Counted from the first letter of the stretch, positions 1 through 9,739 are shown. The stretch: 64,000 bases of DNA from an uncultured cyanobacterium (GCA_963703315.1 OY969811.1:2368001-2432000), one strand, 5' to 3'. The notes: generated by a model from the letters alone, not told the origin. Program-made: numbers and translations.

Positions 1-404
1 TCAAACCCAAAATGCTGTGTGGCAAATCCCGAAGCCGTTAATGCGGCAATTCCTGCGGTGACAACGGGAATCGGTACAACCCGCACTCCCGCCGCAATAC
101 AACCCTGTACCAGTTCCACCCCAGGGTCAGAAATCGCAGGCATTCCTGCATCGGTAACTAAGGCGATCGCCATCCCTTGCTGTAACTTTTCTACTAGCTC
201 AGGTACACGTTTAAAAGCATTATGCTCATGATAACTAGTTTGGGGAGTCTCAATCCCAAAATGGTGTAACAGCTTACCTGTATGTCTTGTATCCTCCGCC
301 GCGATTAAATCCACTTGTTTTAATGTGGAGATCGCCCTGAAAGTCATATCCTCCAAATTACCAATGGGTGTTCCGACTAAATAGAGAATTCCTGAAGCTT
401 TCAT
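1..404 (-). CDS. rsmI: 16S rRNA (cytidine1402-2'-O)-methyltransferase, 5' part (runs off window start)
   Basis: Manual minus-strand translation from ATG at 404: MKASGILYLVGTPIGNLEDMTFRA...AAEDTRHT...SYHEHN...LVTDAGMPAISDPG, canonical RsmI motifs. Confidence 0.93.
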   Translation of the reverse strand, partial: MKASGILYLVGTPIGNLEDMTFRAISTLKQVDLIAAEDTRHTGKLLHHFGIETPQTSYHEHNAFKRVPELVEKLQQGMAIALVTDAGMPAISDPGVELVQGCIAAGVRVVPIPVVTAGIAALTASGFATQHFGF

Positions 405-407
405 TAA

Positions 408-731
408 TTAGCGCCACTGTTTATTTTCTAGATCACGCATCTGACGTTCAAGACGATCGATCCTTCCACGCAATTCATCCATTTCATTTTGACGCGGCAC
501 ACCCAAGTCCTGCATCACATTCCGAATCTGACGCTGAATTAATGTCTCCAGATTTCCTTGCTCTGACTTGAGGCGGCTGGCAATATCATTCAGAATTTCC
601 GAAGCTTGATCAGGATCAATCTTGCCATCCTTGACCCAATCTTCACTAGCTTCTTTTATTTTTTCTAACACAAGGGAAGTCGTACCGACACCAAGCATTA
701 GTAACTGCTTCAGCAAATTATTACTATCCAT
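408..731 (-). CDS. Phasin-like (PHA granule-associated family) small coiled-coil protein
   Basis: LLKQLLMLGVGTTSL...DLGVPRQNEMDELRGRIDRLE resembles cyanobacterial phasin-family proteins; start taken at MDSNN. Confidence 0.6.
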   Translation of the reverse strand: MDSNNLLKQLLMLGVGTTSLVLEKIKEASEDWVKDGKIDPDQASEILNDIASRLKSEQGNLETLIQRQIRNVMQDLGVPRQNEMDELRGRIDRLERQMRDLENKQWR

Positions 732-793
732 AACTCTATGCAATCCTTAAAGCCGATCTATCCCTCTATCATACTACTCTTCCCCGTGTAGAT

Positions 794-826
794 ATTGAGT
801 GACGGCGCATCGCGCCGCCACTCAAT
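794..826. repeat. GC-core palindromic hairpin repeat
   Basis: ATTGAGTGACGGCGC-ATC-GCGCCGCCACTCAAT imperfect inverted repeat. Confidence 0.7.
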
Positions 827-858
827 GCTTGGTTTTACAAATAAACTGCGATCGCTAT

Positions 859-894
859 AAAAGTAAGGGCAATTCATAAATTGCCCTTACTTTT
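859..894. repeat. REP-like palindrome (GTAAGGGCAAT...ATTGCCCTTAC)
   Basis: AAAAGTAAGGGCAAT-TCATAA-ATTGCCCTTACTTTT, 15-bp arms, resembles cyanobacterial GTAG-type REPs. Confidence 0.65.
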
Positions 895-986
895 GAAGTT
901 TTGCATCTCAAAGACCTTAGCGATTGCTATACTTTAAGCTGTTTTAACGTTTTCAATTTCAGAAAAACTTTCAAGTAGGTTAATTT

Positions 987-1469
987 ATGATCCGTGCTGT
1001 AATAGAAACTGCTAAAGGCACAATCCGTGCTGAGCTTGACGACCAACACGCCCCAATTACTGTCAAAAACTTTGTAGATCTATCTAAGCACGGTTTTTAT
1101 GACGGACTCACTTTCCATCGTGTCGAACCAGGATTTGTAATTCAAGGTGGCGATCCTCTCGGTAATGGTACTGGCGGATCAGGCGATCGCATCAAACTCG
1201 AAATCTGGGCAGAGGGTGATACTGAAGCTACCATTGGTCAAATTTTGACAGGTGGCAAGAAGCCTGTTATTAAGCACAATCGAGCAGGTGTATTCTCAAT
1301 GGCACGCACTAATGATCCCAATAGTGCCACCAGTCAATTTTTTATTACGCTAGGTGATGCTTCATTTTTAGACGGTCAATATGCAGCGTTCGGCTATACC
1401 GATGACACTGAAGTTGCTCAAGCAATCCGTCGTGGTGATAAAATCCTCTCAATTAAAATCGAAGAATAA
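987..1469 (+). CDS. Cyclophilin-type peptidyl-prolyl cis-trans isomerase
   Basis: FYDGLTFHRVEPGFVIQGGDP, SMAR, SQFFITL motifs. Confidence 0.95.
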   Translation: MIRAVIETAKGTIRAELDDQHAPITVKNFVDLSKHGFYDGLTFHRVEPGFVIQGGDPLGNGTGGSGDRIKLEIWAEGDTEATIGQILTGGKKPVIKHNRAGVFSMARTNDPNSATSQFFITLGDASFLDGQYAAFGYTDDTEVAQAIRRGDKILSIKIEE

Positions 1470-1500
1470 ACAAAAAAAGGGGCTTTGCCCCTTTTTTTGT
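1470..1500. terminator. Bidirectional intrinsic terminator between convergent PPIase and hmpF
   Basis: ACAAAAAAAGGGGC-TTT-GCCCCTTTTTTTGT hairpin with A and T tails. Confidence 0.8.
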
Positions 1501-3189
1501 TTACACGCCAACTAAACTCTGAATCACAGATTGCAAATCCGTCAGAACTTGTGAAGAGTTACTACCATTAGACATTACCCCTAAGTCCTGAACCGCAGCC
1601 TCCAGTTGAGGACGGAGGGTATCGACAATATCTTGAACAGGTCGTAAGAGTTGTTCTTGAGCGCTAATTTGTCCTAACAAATCGGCTACAGCCTTAATCC
1701 GTTCTTGATGTTGAACTTCTAAGGCACGGATCGCTTGCTCTTGTTGTAAATGATCTTGAGCTTGCTTGCCGATCATCTCCTGTTGTTGCTGCGTATAGTT
1801 TCTAACTGCCTCAATTTGACTCTCCATCTTACGGAGTTCCTGTTCTTGGCGATTCTTTTGAGATTCAATTTGCAATAGCAAAGGTAATAAACTTTGTACA
1901 GGACTTACTTCAACACTAATTCCCTTACGACGATCTAAAATTGCTTTTTGCTGATTTAGAACTGAGAGTCGTTCCTGCATACTGCGTCTCATCCCTGAAA
2001 CACTCTCTTCAAGTAGCTTATATTGCTCCTCTGCAAATTCTTTATTACTTTCTAATTCGATACGAGCAAACTGATCAGCCGTCTCCACCTGACTTTGCAA
2101 ATCGGCAATTTCACCTTCTAATCCCGCTAATTCATCCTCTTGAGCGCTAACATAGTTAGCTAGCTTATCAAAATCAGCTTGAAGAACTTTAATTGTTGAT
2201 TCTAGCTCTTCAATCGACATTGCTTGCAACCGACTTTCTTCTTCGGGACTAAGGAATTCAATGCTACCCGGTCCACCAAATGACTCGATCGCATGGGATG
2301 TTTGCTCATACAGATCGATTTGGGCATCTAGCTGCACCCTAGACATCGCCATATTATTTTCTTGGAGCTTCAGAATGCCGCGTTGAGCCTTTAGTTCTGC
2401 TTGGGCATCTGCCAATGCTATTTGAGTTTGCTGCCACTGATTTTTCCGCGAATCAAGATCTTCCGTTGATTTCAGAAGTAGTGCCTTTTGCTTTTCGGCT
2501 TCACTTTTTAGTCCATCGAGACTTTGCCAAAATCCCGTTAACATTTCTTGGCGCTTATTAATTAGATCAAGGGCGCTATGAATTCTATCTCTAAGGGCAT
2601 CAGGATTTGTAAAACTTGTTGATAACCGACTAATCAGGGTCTTAATATGGTCAGCCTGTTCGACGGTGAGGGCGGCTGCCTTAGCCTCAAACTTACCTCT
2701 CTCCGCTTCAATACCATTACGCAACTGTTCAATTTCAGTACGTTCTTTGGCTAGCTTTTCTTCTAACTCCTCAACTTCTTGTCGTCTTGTATCAAGATGC
2801 TCTAGTTCAAGGTGTTTTTGTTCTAATTCTTGTTCGCGACGATGTAACTCTTGCGCTTGAAAATTAAGAGATTGTTTCCACTGTTCAACTTCTTCTTCGG
2901 CGGATTTATACTTATCTTGCGATCGCGAATAAGCTTGCAAGATATTAACAATTTTTCGAGAAGCCTCTTGAATACTCTGAACTTGGTTGCTACCTGTGAT
3001 CTCAGCAACCACCATCTGACCATCTTTAAAGTCTCTTGCCTGCCCCGCATCTTGAATCGGCAAAATCTGCTCGTTCGTAATCGGCTGCCAAACGTTTTCA
3101 CCCGTATTACGTGCTAGTAGACGGACGGACGAGTTACCACCTAATCCAAAAGCTGCTTGAGTTTTTTGAAGTTCCGCTAAGTACTGCAC
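1501..3189 (-). CDS. hmpF: Pilus motility/taxis coiled-coil protein HmpF
   Basis: N-terminal MQYLAELQK...LLARN...W...VEQWKQSLNFQAQELHRR followed by a long coiled coil, typical of HmpF. Confidence 0.8.
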   Translation of the reverse strand: MQYLAELQKTQAAFGLGGNSSVRLLARNTGENVWQPITNEQILPIQDAGQARDFKDGQMVVAEITGSNQVQSIQEASRKIVNILQAYSRSQDKYKSAEEEVEQWKQSLNFQAQELHRREQELEQKHLELEHLDTRRQEVEELEEKLAKERTEIEQLRNGIEAERGKFEAKAAALTVEQADHIKTLISRLSTSFTNPDALRDRIHSALDLINKRQEMLTGFWQSLDGLKSEAEKQKALLLKSTEDLDSRKNQWQQTQIALADAQAELKAQRGILKLQENNMAMSRVQLDAQIDLYEQTSHAIESFGGPGSIEFLSPEEESRLQAMSIEELESTIKVLQADFDKLANYVSAQEDELAGLEGEIADLQSQVETADQFARIELESNKEFAEEQYKLLEESVSGMRRSMQERLSVLNQQKAILDRRKGISVEVSPVQSLLPLLLQIESQKNRQEQELRKMESQIEAVRNYTQQQQEMIGKQAQDHLQQEQAIRALEVQHQERIKAVADLLGQISAQEQLLRPVQDIVDTLRPQLEAAVQDLGVMSNGSNSSQVLTDLQSVIQSLVGV

Positions 3190-3360
3190 GCTGAATATAC
3201 TCCTGTTTTTCTGATGCTAACTTTCAGATTGACATGACGAAAGAGCAAAAACTCGTCAAAGACAATACCAAATAGACTAGTTTCTAGTCTCATACTACCT
3301 AATTACACAATCATTTTGGCTGTATCTTTTAAGACTGTTTGGGAGTTTTAAAAGTAAAGC

Positions 3361-4389
3361 TTATTGCCTAATGTTTTTGGGGTCAAGTGCATCTCGCAAA
3401 CTATCGCCCAAGAGATTAAATGATAACACTGTCAACACTATTGCTAGTGCAGGAGCCCAGACTAGCCAAGGTTGCAGAATCACAATCGAGGCGTTTGTCG
3501 ATAAAGACAGCATATTACCCCAAGAGGGATCAGGTGGTTGGATACCCAGTCCCACAAGGCTTAAGACTGCTTCCAAGACTATAAATCGGGGGATATCGAG
3601 AGTGGCGGAGATGATAATGAATGTGATGGTTTGAGGTAAAACATGATGCATAATGATCCGCAATGGATTGGCTCCTGATGCACGAGCTGCCAAGATGAAG
3701 GTTTGTTCTTTGATAGACAATACTTGCCCTCGAATAACTCTGGCTAACCCTGCCCATGACACAAAGGAAATAATCGCAATGATTAACGCGAATCGCTGAG
3801 TATTGCTGATTTGGGGGGGCAAAATTGCAGTTAATGCTACTAATAAATATATTGAGGGAACTGACATCAGCACTTCAACAAAGCGCATTAAAATTACATC
3901 CAGCCAACCACCGATATAACCAGAGATACCGCCAACGATACACCCAATTGTATAGGAGATGATTGTACCGATAAAGCCAATCAATAGACTAATCCTTCCG
4001 CCATGAAGTAGGCGTGTCAACTGATCTCGACCTTGTTCATCGGTTCCAAGTAGATTTAGCTTGCCTGAATTGGCAGTACTAAATAAATGTCCGCCATGAA
4101 AAAGTTGGATTTGTGATGGTTTGGTGTAATCAACGATCAGAGCGCGATCGCCTGTTTCAAGATCGACGTTGCCTTGAGTAGTGGGATAGACATGAGCGCC
4201 AATAAATTGTCCCTGTTGATTTTGCCAATAAATTTGAGTTGGCGGTAATAAAGCACCATTTTTGGCTTGTTCATTGACACCATAAGGTGAGACAAAATCC
4301 GCAAATATAGCTAAGCCATAGAAAGTCGTCAAAATTACAATGCCAATCCAAGCGAGAGGGTTAGCTCTGAGTCGTTTCCACCAAGTCAT
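3361..4389 (-). CDS. Peptide/nickel ABC transporter permease (DppC/OppC type)
   Basis: LLGTDEQGRD, GGRISL, EAA-like loop FILAARASGA, LGIQPPDPSWG, FNLLGDSLRDALDP. Confidence 0.92.
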   Translation of the reverse strand: MTWWKRLRANPLAWIGIVILTTFYGLAIFADFVSPYGVNEQAKNGALLPPTQIYWQNQQGQFIGAHVYPTTQGNVDLETGDRALIVDYTKPSQIQLFHGGHLFSTANSGKLNLLGTDEQGRDQLTRLLHGGRISLLIGFIGTIISYTIGCIVGGISGYIGGWLDVILMRFVEVLMSVPSIYLLVALTAILPPQISNTQRFALIIAIISFVSWAGLARVIRGQVLSIKEQTFILAARASGANPLRIIMHHVLPQTITFIIISATLDIPRFIVLEAVLSLVGLGIQPPDPSWGNMLSLSTNASIVILQPWLVWAPALAIVLTVLSFNLLGDSLRDALDPKNIRQ

Positions 4390-4574
4390 TAGGAACCTTT
4401 GAGTGCTTTGAAAAAGTTTTTGCGATAGTTACCGTTGAGGGCGAATAGTACTGGCCAGAGCAGAGCTAGTACGATTTGGTTTCCCTCAAAGTCGGTGCGG
4501 CGAAATCCTTGCAAAAATTTCACAAATCCAAATACATAGGCAATTAGTACCAAAATTGCAATTAGTTGTGGCAT
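4389..4574 (-). CDS. Small hypothetical membrane protein
   Basis: 61 aa with two hydrophobic segments (LALLWPVLF...YRKNF.KALKG); stop overlaps the start of the permease gene. Confidence 0.75.
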   Translation of the reverse strand: MPQLIAILVLIAYVFGFVKFLQGFRRTDFEGNQIVLALLWPVLFALNGNYRKNFFKALKGS

Positions 4575-4751
4575 ATATCAATCTCCGATGATTAATTATC
4601 TAATCTAGCATCAACAAAACTAATGACGATCGCAATTAACGATCGCAAATTAAATAACATATTAAGAGTAGGGGCGGGTTTAGCCAATAATTTGATCATG
4701 CACTATAAGACTACTCGTTATGCAAGCAGTTCATCTTTTGAGATTTTCAGG

Positions 4752-5159
4752 TTACATCAGGGTTACATAAATAAAAGCAGCGATCGCCATTAATATCAGT
4801 AGGGCATAAACAATAACACGTCCCCATACAGCTATAAATAAACCCAACAAGTTCCAAAACGTGACTCTAGCTGTACCATTCCACGCAGGACGAAATTTAC
4901 TAATCTCAACTTTTTCATAGGATGTTATCTGATTAATTGACAGAACTTGATAATGCAATCTGCCAAATGGGTGTAACAGTTTAAACTGTTGGTAGCGATG
5001 GTGAGCAGGCTTCCAACGATTACGCAGATTTTTCGCTTTGCCAACATACAGCACAATCCATAGAGCCGTAACGTAGTACACACCTGCATCTTGGGGTAAT
5101 TCTTTTAATTTCTCAATAGATTTGGATGGTAGCCAAAAAATACGCAGCCATTCGAGCAT
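4752..5159 (-). CDS. GIY-YIG nuclease-family protein with C-terminal transmembrane segments
   Basis: AGVYYV...LYVGKAKNLRNRW motif, downstream E...P.WN, hydrophobic C-terminus. Confidence 0.75.
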   Translation of the reverse strand: MLEWLRIFWLPSKSIEKLKELPQDAGVYYVTALWIVLYVGKAKNLRNRWKPAHHRYQQFKLLHPFGRLHYQVLSINQITSYEKVEISKFRPAWNGTARVTFWNLLGLFIAVWGRVIVYALLILMAIAAFIYVTLM

Positions 5160-5289
5160 AGGTGATTTACTATCCTAGAGTATTTATTCCTAGAGATTTT
5201 CTTACTTTTAAGCGATCGCCATCACAGTTGAGATATAACTAAGATGCTTTGATTAAGTAATCTAAATTGTCTAGTTAGGTTTTGCTTAT

Positions 5290-5424
5290 ATGTCAGATTT
5301 TAATCGCGGCATCATGAAATTCGAGAATGCCGATAGTCCTGTATCAATCGTACTTTCTAGTGTTGTTGTTTTGAGCATGATCGGATTCCTGCTCTGGTGG
5401 GGCTTCCAGACTGCTTACGTCTAA
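5290..5424 (+). CDS. ndhQ: NDH-1 complex small subunit NdhQ (44 aa, not in ORF track)
   Basis: Manual translation MSDFNRGIMKFENADSPVSIVLSSVVVLSMIGFLLWWGFQTAYV matches the NdhQ signature DFNRGIMKF.GADSP...LIWWA..TAY as recalled. Confidence 0.85.
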   Translation: MSDFNRGIMKFENADSPVSIVLSSVVVLSMIGFLLWWGFQTAYV

Positions 5425-5435
5425 GTTCGTCATTT

Positions 5436-5470
5436 AAATAAAAGGCGGCGCGAAGCGCCGCCTTTTATTT
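5436..5470. repeat. GC-core hairpin / probable terminator after ndhQ
   Basis: AAATAAAAGGCGGCGC-GAA-GCGCCGCCTTTTATTT perfect palindrome. Confidence 0.8.
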
Positions 5471-5522
5471 TTGCCTTTAATTTGTTAAGTTAAGCCGAAA
5501 CCTTTTATTAAGTTACTGAATA

Positions 5523-6011
5523 ATGACCGTCACCACTTCTCAGAATGAACAACTCGGAGCCGCGATCGGGGCTATCCCTAGTGGGTTGTTTATCGTTACC
5601 TCTCAACAAAACGGTAAAACAGCAACGATGCTTGCCTCATGGGTACAGCAATCTGGCTTTAATCCTCCCTCTGTGACCATTATCGTAGCTAAGGGTAGAC
5701 CGATTGAGTCTTTCTTAACAGTTGGCAGTCCCGTTGTGATTAACATTGGCGAAAAAGGTCAAGGTAAAATCATTGGTCATTTTGCGAAGGGATTTGCCCC
5801 CGATGCTGATCCTTTTGAGGGACTTGAAACTGGCATTGCTCCCAGTGGTCAACCCTATTTACTAGATGCGATCGCCTATCTTGATGCAACAGTCACAGGC
5901 AGTCTTGATGCGGGTGATCATACTGTTATTCTGGCAACTATTAATGCGGGCGATCGCCTCCGTGATGGTGAACCTGCCATCCATACCCGTAAAAATGGTT
6001 TCAAATATTAG
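5523..6011 (+). CDS. Flavin reductase-like (split-barrel) protein
   Basis: GLFIVT...MLASWVQQSGFNPP...AGDHTV...PAIHTRKNG.KY. Confidence 0.88.
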   Translation: MTVTTSQNEQLGAAIGAIPSGLFIVTSQQNGKTATMLASWVQQSGFNPPSVTIIVAKGRPIESFLTVGSPVVINIGEKGQGKIIGHFAKGFAPDADPFEGLETGIAPSGQPYLLDAIAYLDATVTGSLDAGDHTVILATINAGDRLRDGEPAIHTRKNGFKY

Positions 6012-6102
6012 TTCAAATTAATGCAAAGAGTTGGTGCTTTGCACCAACTCTTTGCATTAATTGCAATGATTCCAAAAAGTTGCAAGAAATTTCAAAAAAC
6101 AT

Positions 6103-6131
6103 TTGACATTAATCACAATATTTGTCATATT
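6103..6131 (+). promoter_or_regulatory. Sigma70-type promoter for tRNA-Gly
   Basis: TTGACA (6103-6108), 17-nt spacer, CATATT (6126-6131), about 45 nt upstream of the tRNA. Confidence 0.5.
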
Positions 6132-6174
6132 AATAAAGCGCTAAACGCGAACCAGCGTAAAAGCAAAACACATT

Positions 6175-6246
6175 GCGGGTGTGGCTCAGTGGTAGAGCAT
6201 CTCCTTGCCAAGGAGAATGTCGTGGGTTCGAATCCCATCACCCGCT
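6175..6246 (+). tRNA. tRNA-Gly (GCC)
   Basis: GCGGGTG acceptor / CACCCGC-T, D-arm GCTCAGTGGTAGAGC, anticodon loop TT-GCC-AA, GTTCGAATC T-loop; no encoded CCA. Confidence 0.96.
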
Positions 6247-6325
6247 TACAAAAAAGAGATAAACTTGCGTAGCAAGTTTATCTCTTTTCGTTTTTAACAA
6301 GCAATTATTTACAGGGATTAAATCT

Positions 6326-7768
6326 ATGTCATTTGATTTGCAAGTCGCCCTAGCTCACATCGATCTTCCCTCTGCTGAATGGATTGGCTTACGTGAAGTT
6401 AAAGAAATCACTACGAATCGCTATGTGCGCGATCGCAAACCCCAGTCCAACGGGCGCAGCTTATCTCATGGGGTTATGATTGAAGTCTTAGCCGATGGAC
6501 AATTTGGCTATGCCAGTACCAATCATCTTGATTTTGCCAATATTCAACTTACAGCCCAAAAAGCTTGCCAACAAGCAAAAACTGCGGCACAGTGGGCAGT
6601 ACATCACTTCACGATCGCTCAACGCCCAAAAGCGATTGGGCAGTATTTCTCGCCATTTCTAAAACCATCCGATGCGATCGCCCCCAAAGAAATCAATGAA
6701 CTCTTAATCGAAATCTGCGATAAGTTAAAGGTTTCTGACAAGATTGTAAAAACTAGTGCCTACGCTGTGATTACGGAAATTGAAACCAACTTTATTAGTA
6801 GTAATGGCTCTGATATTTATCAGAAGTTTCTCACTATAGCTACGGACTACGCTGCAACTGCCCAAGATGGCGCAATCATCCAAAAACGCGGAGATAATGG
6901 ACAACTAGCCCGTTGTAATCAAATTGGCATAGAAGTATTTGATCGTGACTTAGTTTTACAAAGAGCCAAAATCATCGGTGAACAAGCAGTAGAACTCCTC
7001 TCAGCAGCAGAATGTCCTACGGAAACCACTTCCCTAGTCCTAGCCCCCGATCAAATGTTGCTGCAAATCCACGAAAGCATCGGGCATCCCCTAGAAATCG
7101 ATCGCATTCTCGGTGATGAGCGTAACTACGCAGGAAGTAGCTTTGTCAAACTGGAAGACTTTGGCAAGATGCAATACGGATCATCCTTGATGAATGTCAC
7201 CTTTGATCCCACTAAGGCTGGCGAGTTTGCAAGTTATGCCTTTGATGACACAGGCATTCCTGCTACCCAAGAATACTTAATTAAAGAAGGTAAATTATTG
7301 CGGGGCTTGGGCAGTGCTGAAAGTCAAGTGCGATCGGGTATTGATGGTGTCGCTAATGCCAGAGCCACTTCATGGAACCGTCCTGCCATTGATCGCATGG
7401 CAAATATCAACCTCGAAGCAGGCGATCGCTCCTTTGATGAGATCATCGCTGATATCGAACATGGCGTATATATGGAATCAAATCGCTCATGGTCAATTGA
7501 TGACTATCGTAATAAATTCCAATTCGGCTGTGAATATGCCAAGCTCATTGAAAATGGCAAATTAACCAAAACGCTCCGTAATCCCAATTATCGCGGCATT
7601 ACCAATCAATTTTGGAGCAGTCTTGCCAAGGTTGGCGACAATCAAACTGTCGAAGCCTTTGGTTCCCCCTTTTGTGGCAAAGGTGAGCCTAACCAAGTCA
7701 TTCGTGTTGGTCATGCTTCGCCTGTTTGCTTATTTGAAAATATCGAAGTCTTCGGTGGCGCTAGCTAA
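6326..7768 (+). CDS. TldD/PmbA family metalloprotease (TldD-like)
   Basis: HESIGHPLE (HExxxH), PAIDRMANINL, CGKGEPNQ. Confidence 0.92.
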   Translation: MSFDLQVALAHIDLPSAEWIGLREVKEITTNRYVRDRKPQSNGRSLSHGVMIEVLADGQFGYASTNHLDFANIQLTAQKACQQAKTAAQWAVHHFTIAQRPKAIGQYFSPFLKPSDAIAPKEINELLIEICDKLKVSDKIVKTSAYAVITEIETNFISSNGSDIYQKFLTIATDYAATAQDGAIIQKRGDNGQLARCNQIGIEVFDRDLVLQRAKIIGEQAVELLSAAECPTETTSLVLAPDQMLLQIHESIGHPLEIDRILGDERNYAGSSFVKLEDFGKMQYGSSLMNVTFDPTKAGEFASYAFDDTGIPATQEYLIKEGKLLRGLGSAESQVRSGIDGVANARATSWNRPAIDRMANINLEAGDRSFDEIIADIEHGVYMESNRSWSIDDYRNKFQFGCEYAKLIENGKLTKTLRNPNYRGITNQFWSSLAKVGDNQTVEAFGSPFCGKGEPNQVIRVGHASPVCLFENIEVFGGAS

Positions 7769-7807
7769 CCAAAAAAAAGGACGCAAAGCGTCCTTTTTTT
7801 TGGTTAG
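7765..7807. terminator. Bidirectional terminator (GC-AAA-GC hairpin) between the tldD-like gene and pirA
   Basis: CTAACCAAAAAAAAGGACGC-AAA-GCGTCCTTTTTTTTGGTTAG. Confidence 0.75.
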
Positions 7808-7959
7808 TTTAGTCCTAATTGCTTCATTTCTTGTTCGAGGATATTTAGTAATCCTGCATCGTTATTAGCGCGGGCAACTTCCATGCGGCGCTTAAGTGAA
7901 GCAGAAAGATTAGCTTTATGGTTTGCATTGGCTTCAGCCTTTCTTTGGAACGTATTCAT
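7804..7959 (-). CDS. pirA: PII-interacting regulator of arginine synthesis PirA (Ssr0692-like, 51 aa, not in ORF track)
   Basis: Manual translation MNTFQRKAEANANHKANLSASLKRRMEVARANNDAGLLNILEQEMKQLGLN; H..NL..SL..R.EVARA..D..L...LE.E pattern; NtcA-type box upstream. Confidence 0.75.
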   Translation of the reverse strand: MNTFQRKAEANANHKANLSASLKRRMEVARANNDAGLLNILEQEMKQLGLN

Positions 7960-8025
7960 GATCAATACCCTTATAAATTACATATTGTTTATATATGATT
8001 ACCATAACATAAAGCTATATAAACC

Positions 8026-8039
8026 GTAGCTTATGTTAC
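8026..8039. promoter_or_regulatory. NtcA-type binding site upstream of pirA
   Basis: GTA-GCTTATGT-TAC matches GTA-N8-TAC, 66 nt upstream of the pirA ATG. Confidence 0.65.
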
Positions 8040-8140
8040 TAAAGTTTTGTTAAATCAATGTAAAGAAAAAATACTTATCCAAAAACAAAGTGCAGTCACT
8101 TCGTGGCTGCACTTTGTTTTTATTGTTCAATTGTGGCGCA

Positions 8141-9739
8141 CTAACCCGCAGTGAGTGGTCGATAAGTTCTGTAGTTGATGTCAGGGAAAATATTATCCAT
8201 ATACTCCACCTTCTCCAGCCAACCCGAATCAATCTTGCCAGCTTCAATATCTTCAAACAGCTTTTCCAATCGCATTAAATGCGATCGCGTTCTTCTAATT
8301 GCATAGGGAACCATCGTCCCAGTTCGCATAATAAACGCCCAGTCAGAGGATTGCGCTAAAAGCAACTCTCTCGCCGCCTGATTCAACGCCCGCCATTCCA
8401 GTTCATCCGCAGGTTCACGATAGGACAGATGGATCATCCGTTCTGCTCCCTTATGTAAATGCTGATAAACCCAAGCATTTGTATCATTTAGCCAATATTC
8501 ATGGAACCCTTTATAACCCCAGCTTGATTGAGCAGGACGTGATACCTGTTGAGTCGGATTAGCTCGCAAATAGTCTGCCAAATGCGTCATCTCATAGGTG
8601 GTTTGGTCGTAATAGGACTTACGAATCAAGAAATCAATAAACCAAGGTCCTTCATACCACCAGTGACCAAATAATTCGGCATCGTAGGGAGATACAACAA
8701 GTGGGGGGCGACCCATCATATTGTGTAGATAGCCAACTTGACGTTCACGATTCTGCATGAAGTTAGTTGCATTTTCAGCAGCTTTTTCCTTTGCCCAGTA
8801 AGGATCGTAAAGTTGCTTAGCATCTAAACCAAAATCACGTCCTGTAATGCGATGGTATTTAATACCTGTATTTTTACGTTGACCATTAGGCATGATAAAC
8901 GGCTTAATATATTCATAATCAGCCTCCCATCCTAAATCTTTATAAAATTCTCGGTAAACAGGATCACCGGGATAGCCTACTTTAGATGACCAAACCTGTT
9001 GTGATGATTCATGATCGCGGGCAAAGGCGGCAACACCCGTTTCTGTAAATATAGGGGCATAAGTCCCAAATCTGGGGCGGGGCTGACCATACAAAATTCC
9101 ATGACCATCAGTTAAAAAGTAACGCAAACCGACATCGGCAAGCATTCGCTCTAAACCATCGTAGTAAGCACATTCTGGGAGCCAAATCCCATTAGGGGCG
9201 CGTCCAAATTCTTGGGCATAATGTTCGACTGCGACTTCTAGCTGCGCCCATACTGCTTCTGGGTACATTTTCATCAATGGTAAGTAACCATGAGTCGCCC
9301 CACAGGTGATAATTTCAAGATTATTGGTATCCTGAAATTGCTTAAATGCAGTTACGAGATCGCCACCATATTTTTCCCAGATTTCGCGAGTTTCGGCAAA
9401 TTCTTTGACGTAGTACTCAGCAAGATACTTCACATGACCATTGTGTTCATTGCGAATTATCTCAAGTTCAACCAGTTGCTGTAGCATGGCAAGATGCTTG
9501 TCATAGCGTTCTTGGAGCAAAGGATCTCGCAGCATTGATACCAATGGTGGTGTCATGCTCATGGTGATCTTGAAGTTAATACCATCTCGCCTGAGTCCCT
9601 CATAGACTTTGATCAGGGGAATATAAGTCTCGGTGATCGCTTCGTACAGCCATTCTTCTTCGAGTACATAATCACTTTCGGGGTGACGGACGAAAGGTAG
9701 GTGAGCGTGTAAGACCAGCGCGAGATATCCAATGCTCAT
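8141..9739 (-). CDS. Glycoside hydrolase family 57 protein (GH57 branching-enzyme type, DUF1957)
   Basis: HAHLPFVRHP, GIWLPECAY, YDAELFGHWWYEG, LLAQSSDWAFI. Confidence 0.93.
   Translation of the reverse strand: MSIGYLALVLHAHLPFVRHPESDYVLEEEWLYEAITETYIPLIKVYEGLRRDGINFKITMSMTPPLVSMLRDPLLQERYDKHLAMLQQLVELEIIRNEHNGHVKYLAEYYVKEFAETREIWEKYGGDLVTAFKQFQDTNNLEIITCGATHGYLPLMKMYPEAVWAQLEVAVEHYAQEFGRAPNGIWLPECAYYDGLERMLADVGLRYFLTDGHGILYGQPRPRFGTYAPIFTETGVAAFARDHESSQQVWSSKVGYPGDPVYREFYKDLGWEADYEYIKPFIMPNGQRKNTGIKYHRITGRDFGLDAKQLYDPYWAKEKAAENATNFMQNRERQVGYLHNMMGRPPLVVSPYDAELFGHWWYEGPWFIDFLIRKSYYDQTTYEMTHLADYLRANPTQQVSRPAQSSWGYKGFHEYWLNDTNAWVYQHLHKGAERMIHLSYREPADELEWRALNQAARELLLAQSSDWAFIMRTGTMVPYAIRRTRSHLMRLEKLFEDIEAGKIDSGWLEKVEYMDNIFPDINYRTYRPLTAG

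Noticed and set aside
19..571. Plus-strand ORFs 19-231 and 368-571, and similar shadow ORFs across the window
   Set aside because: Antisense or out-of-frame shadows of well-supported genes
6021..6272. 83-aa ORF
   Set aside because: Spans a hairpin, a promoter and tRNA-Gly; spurious
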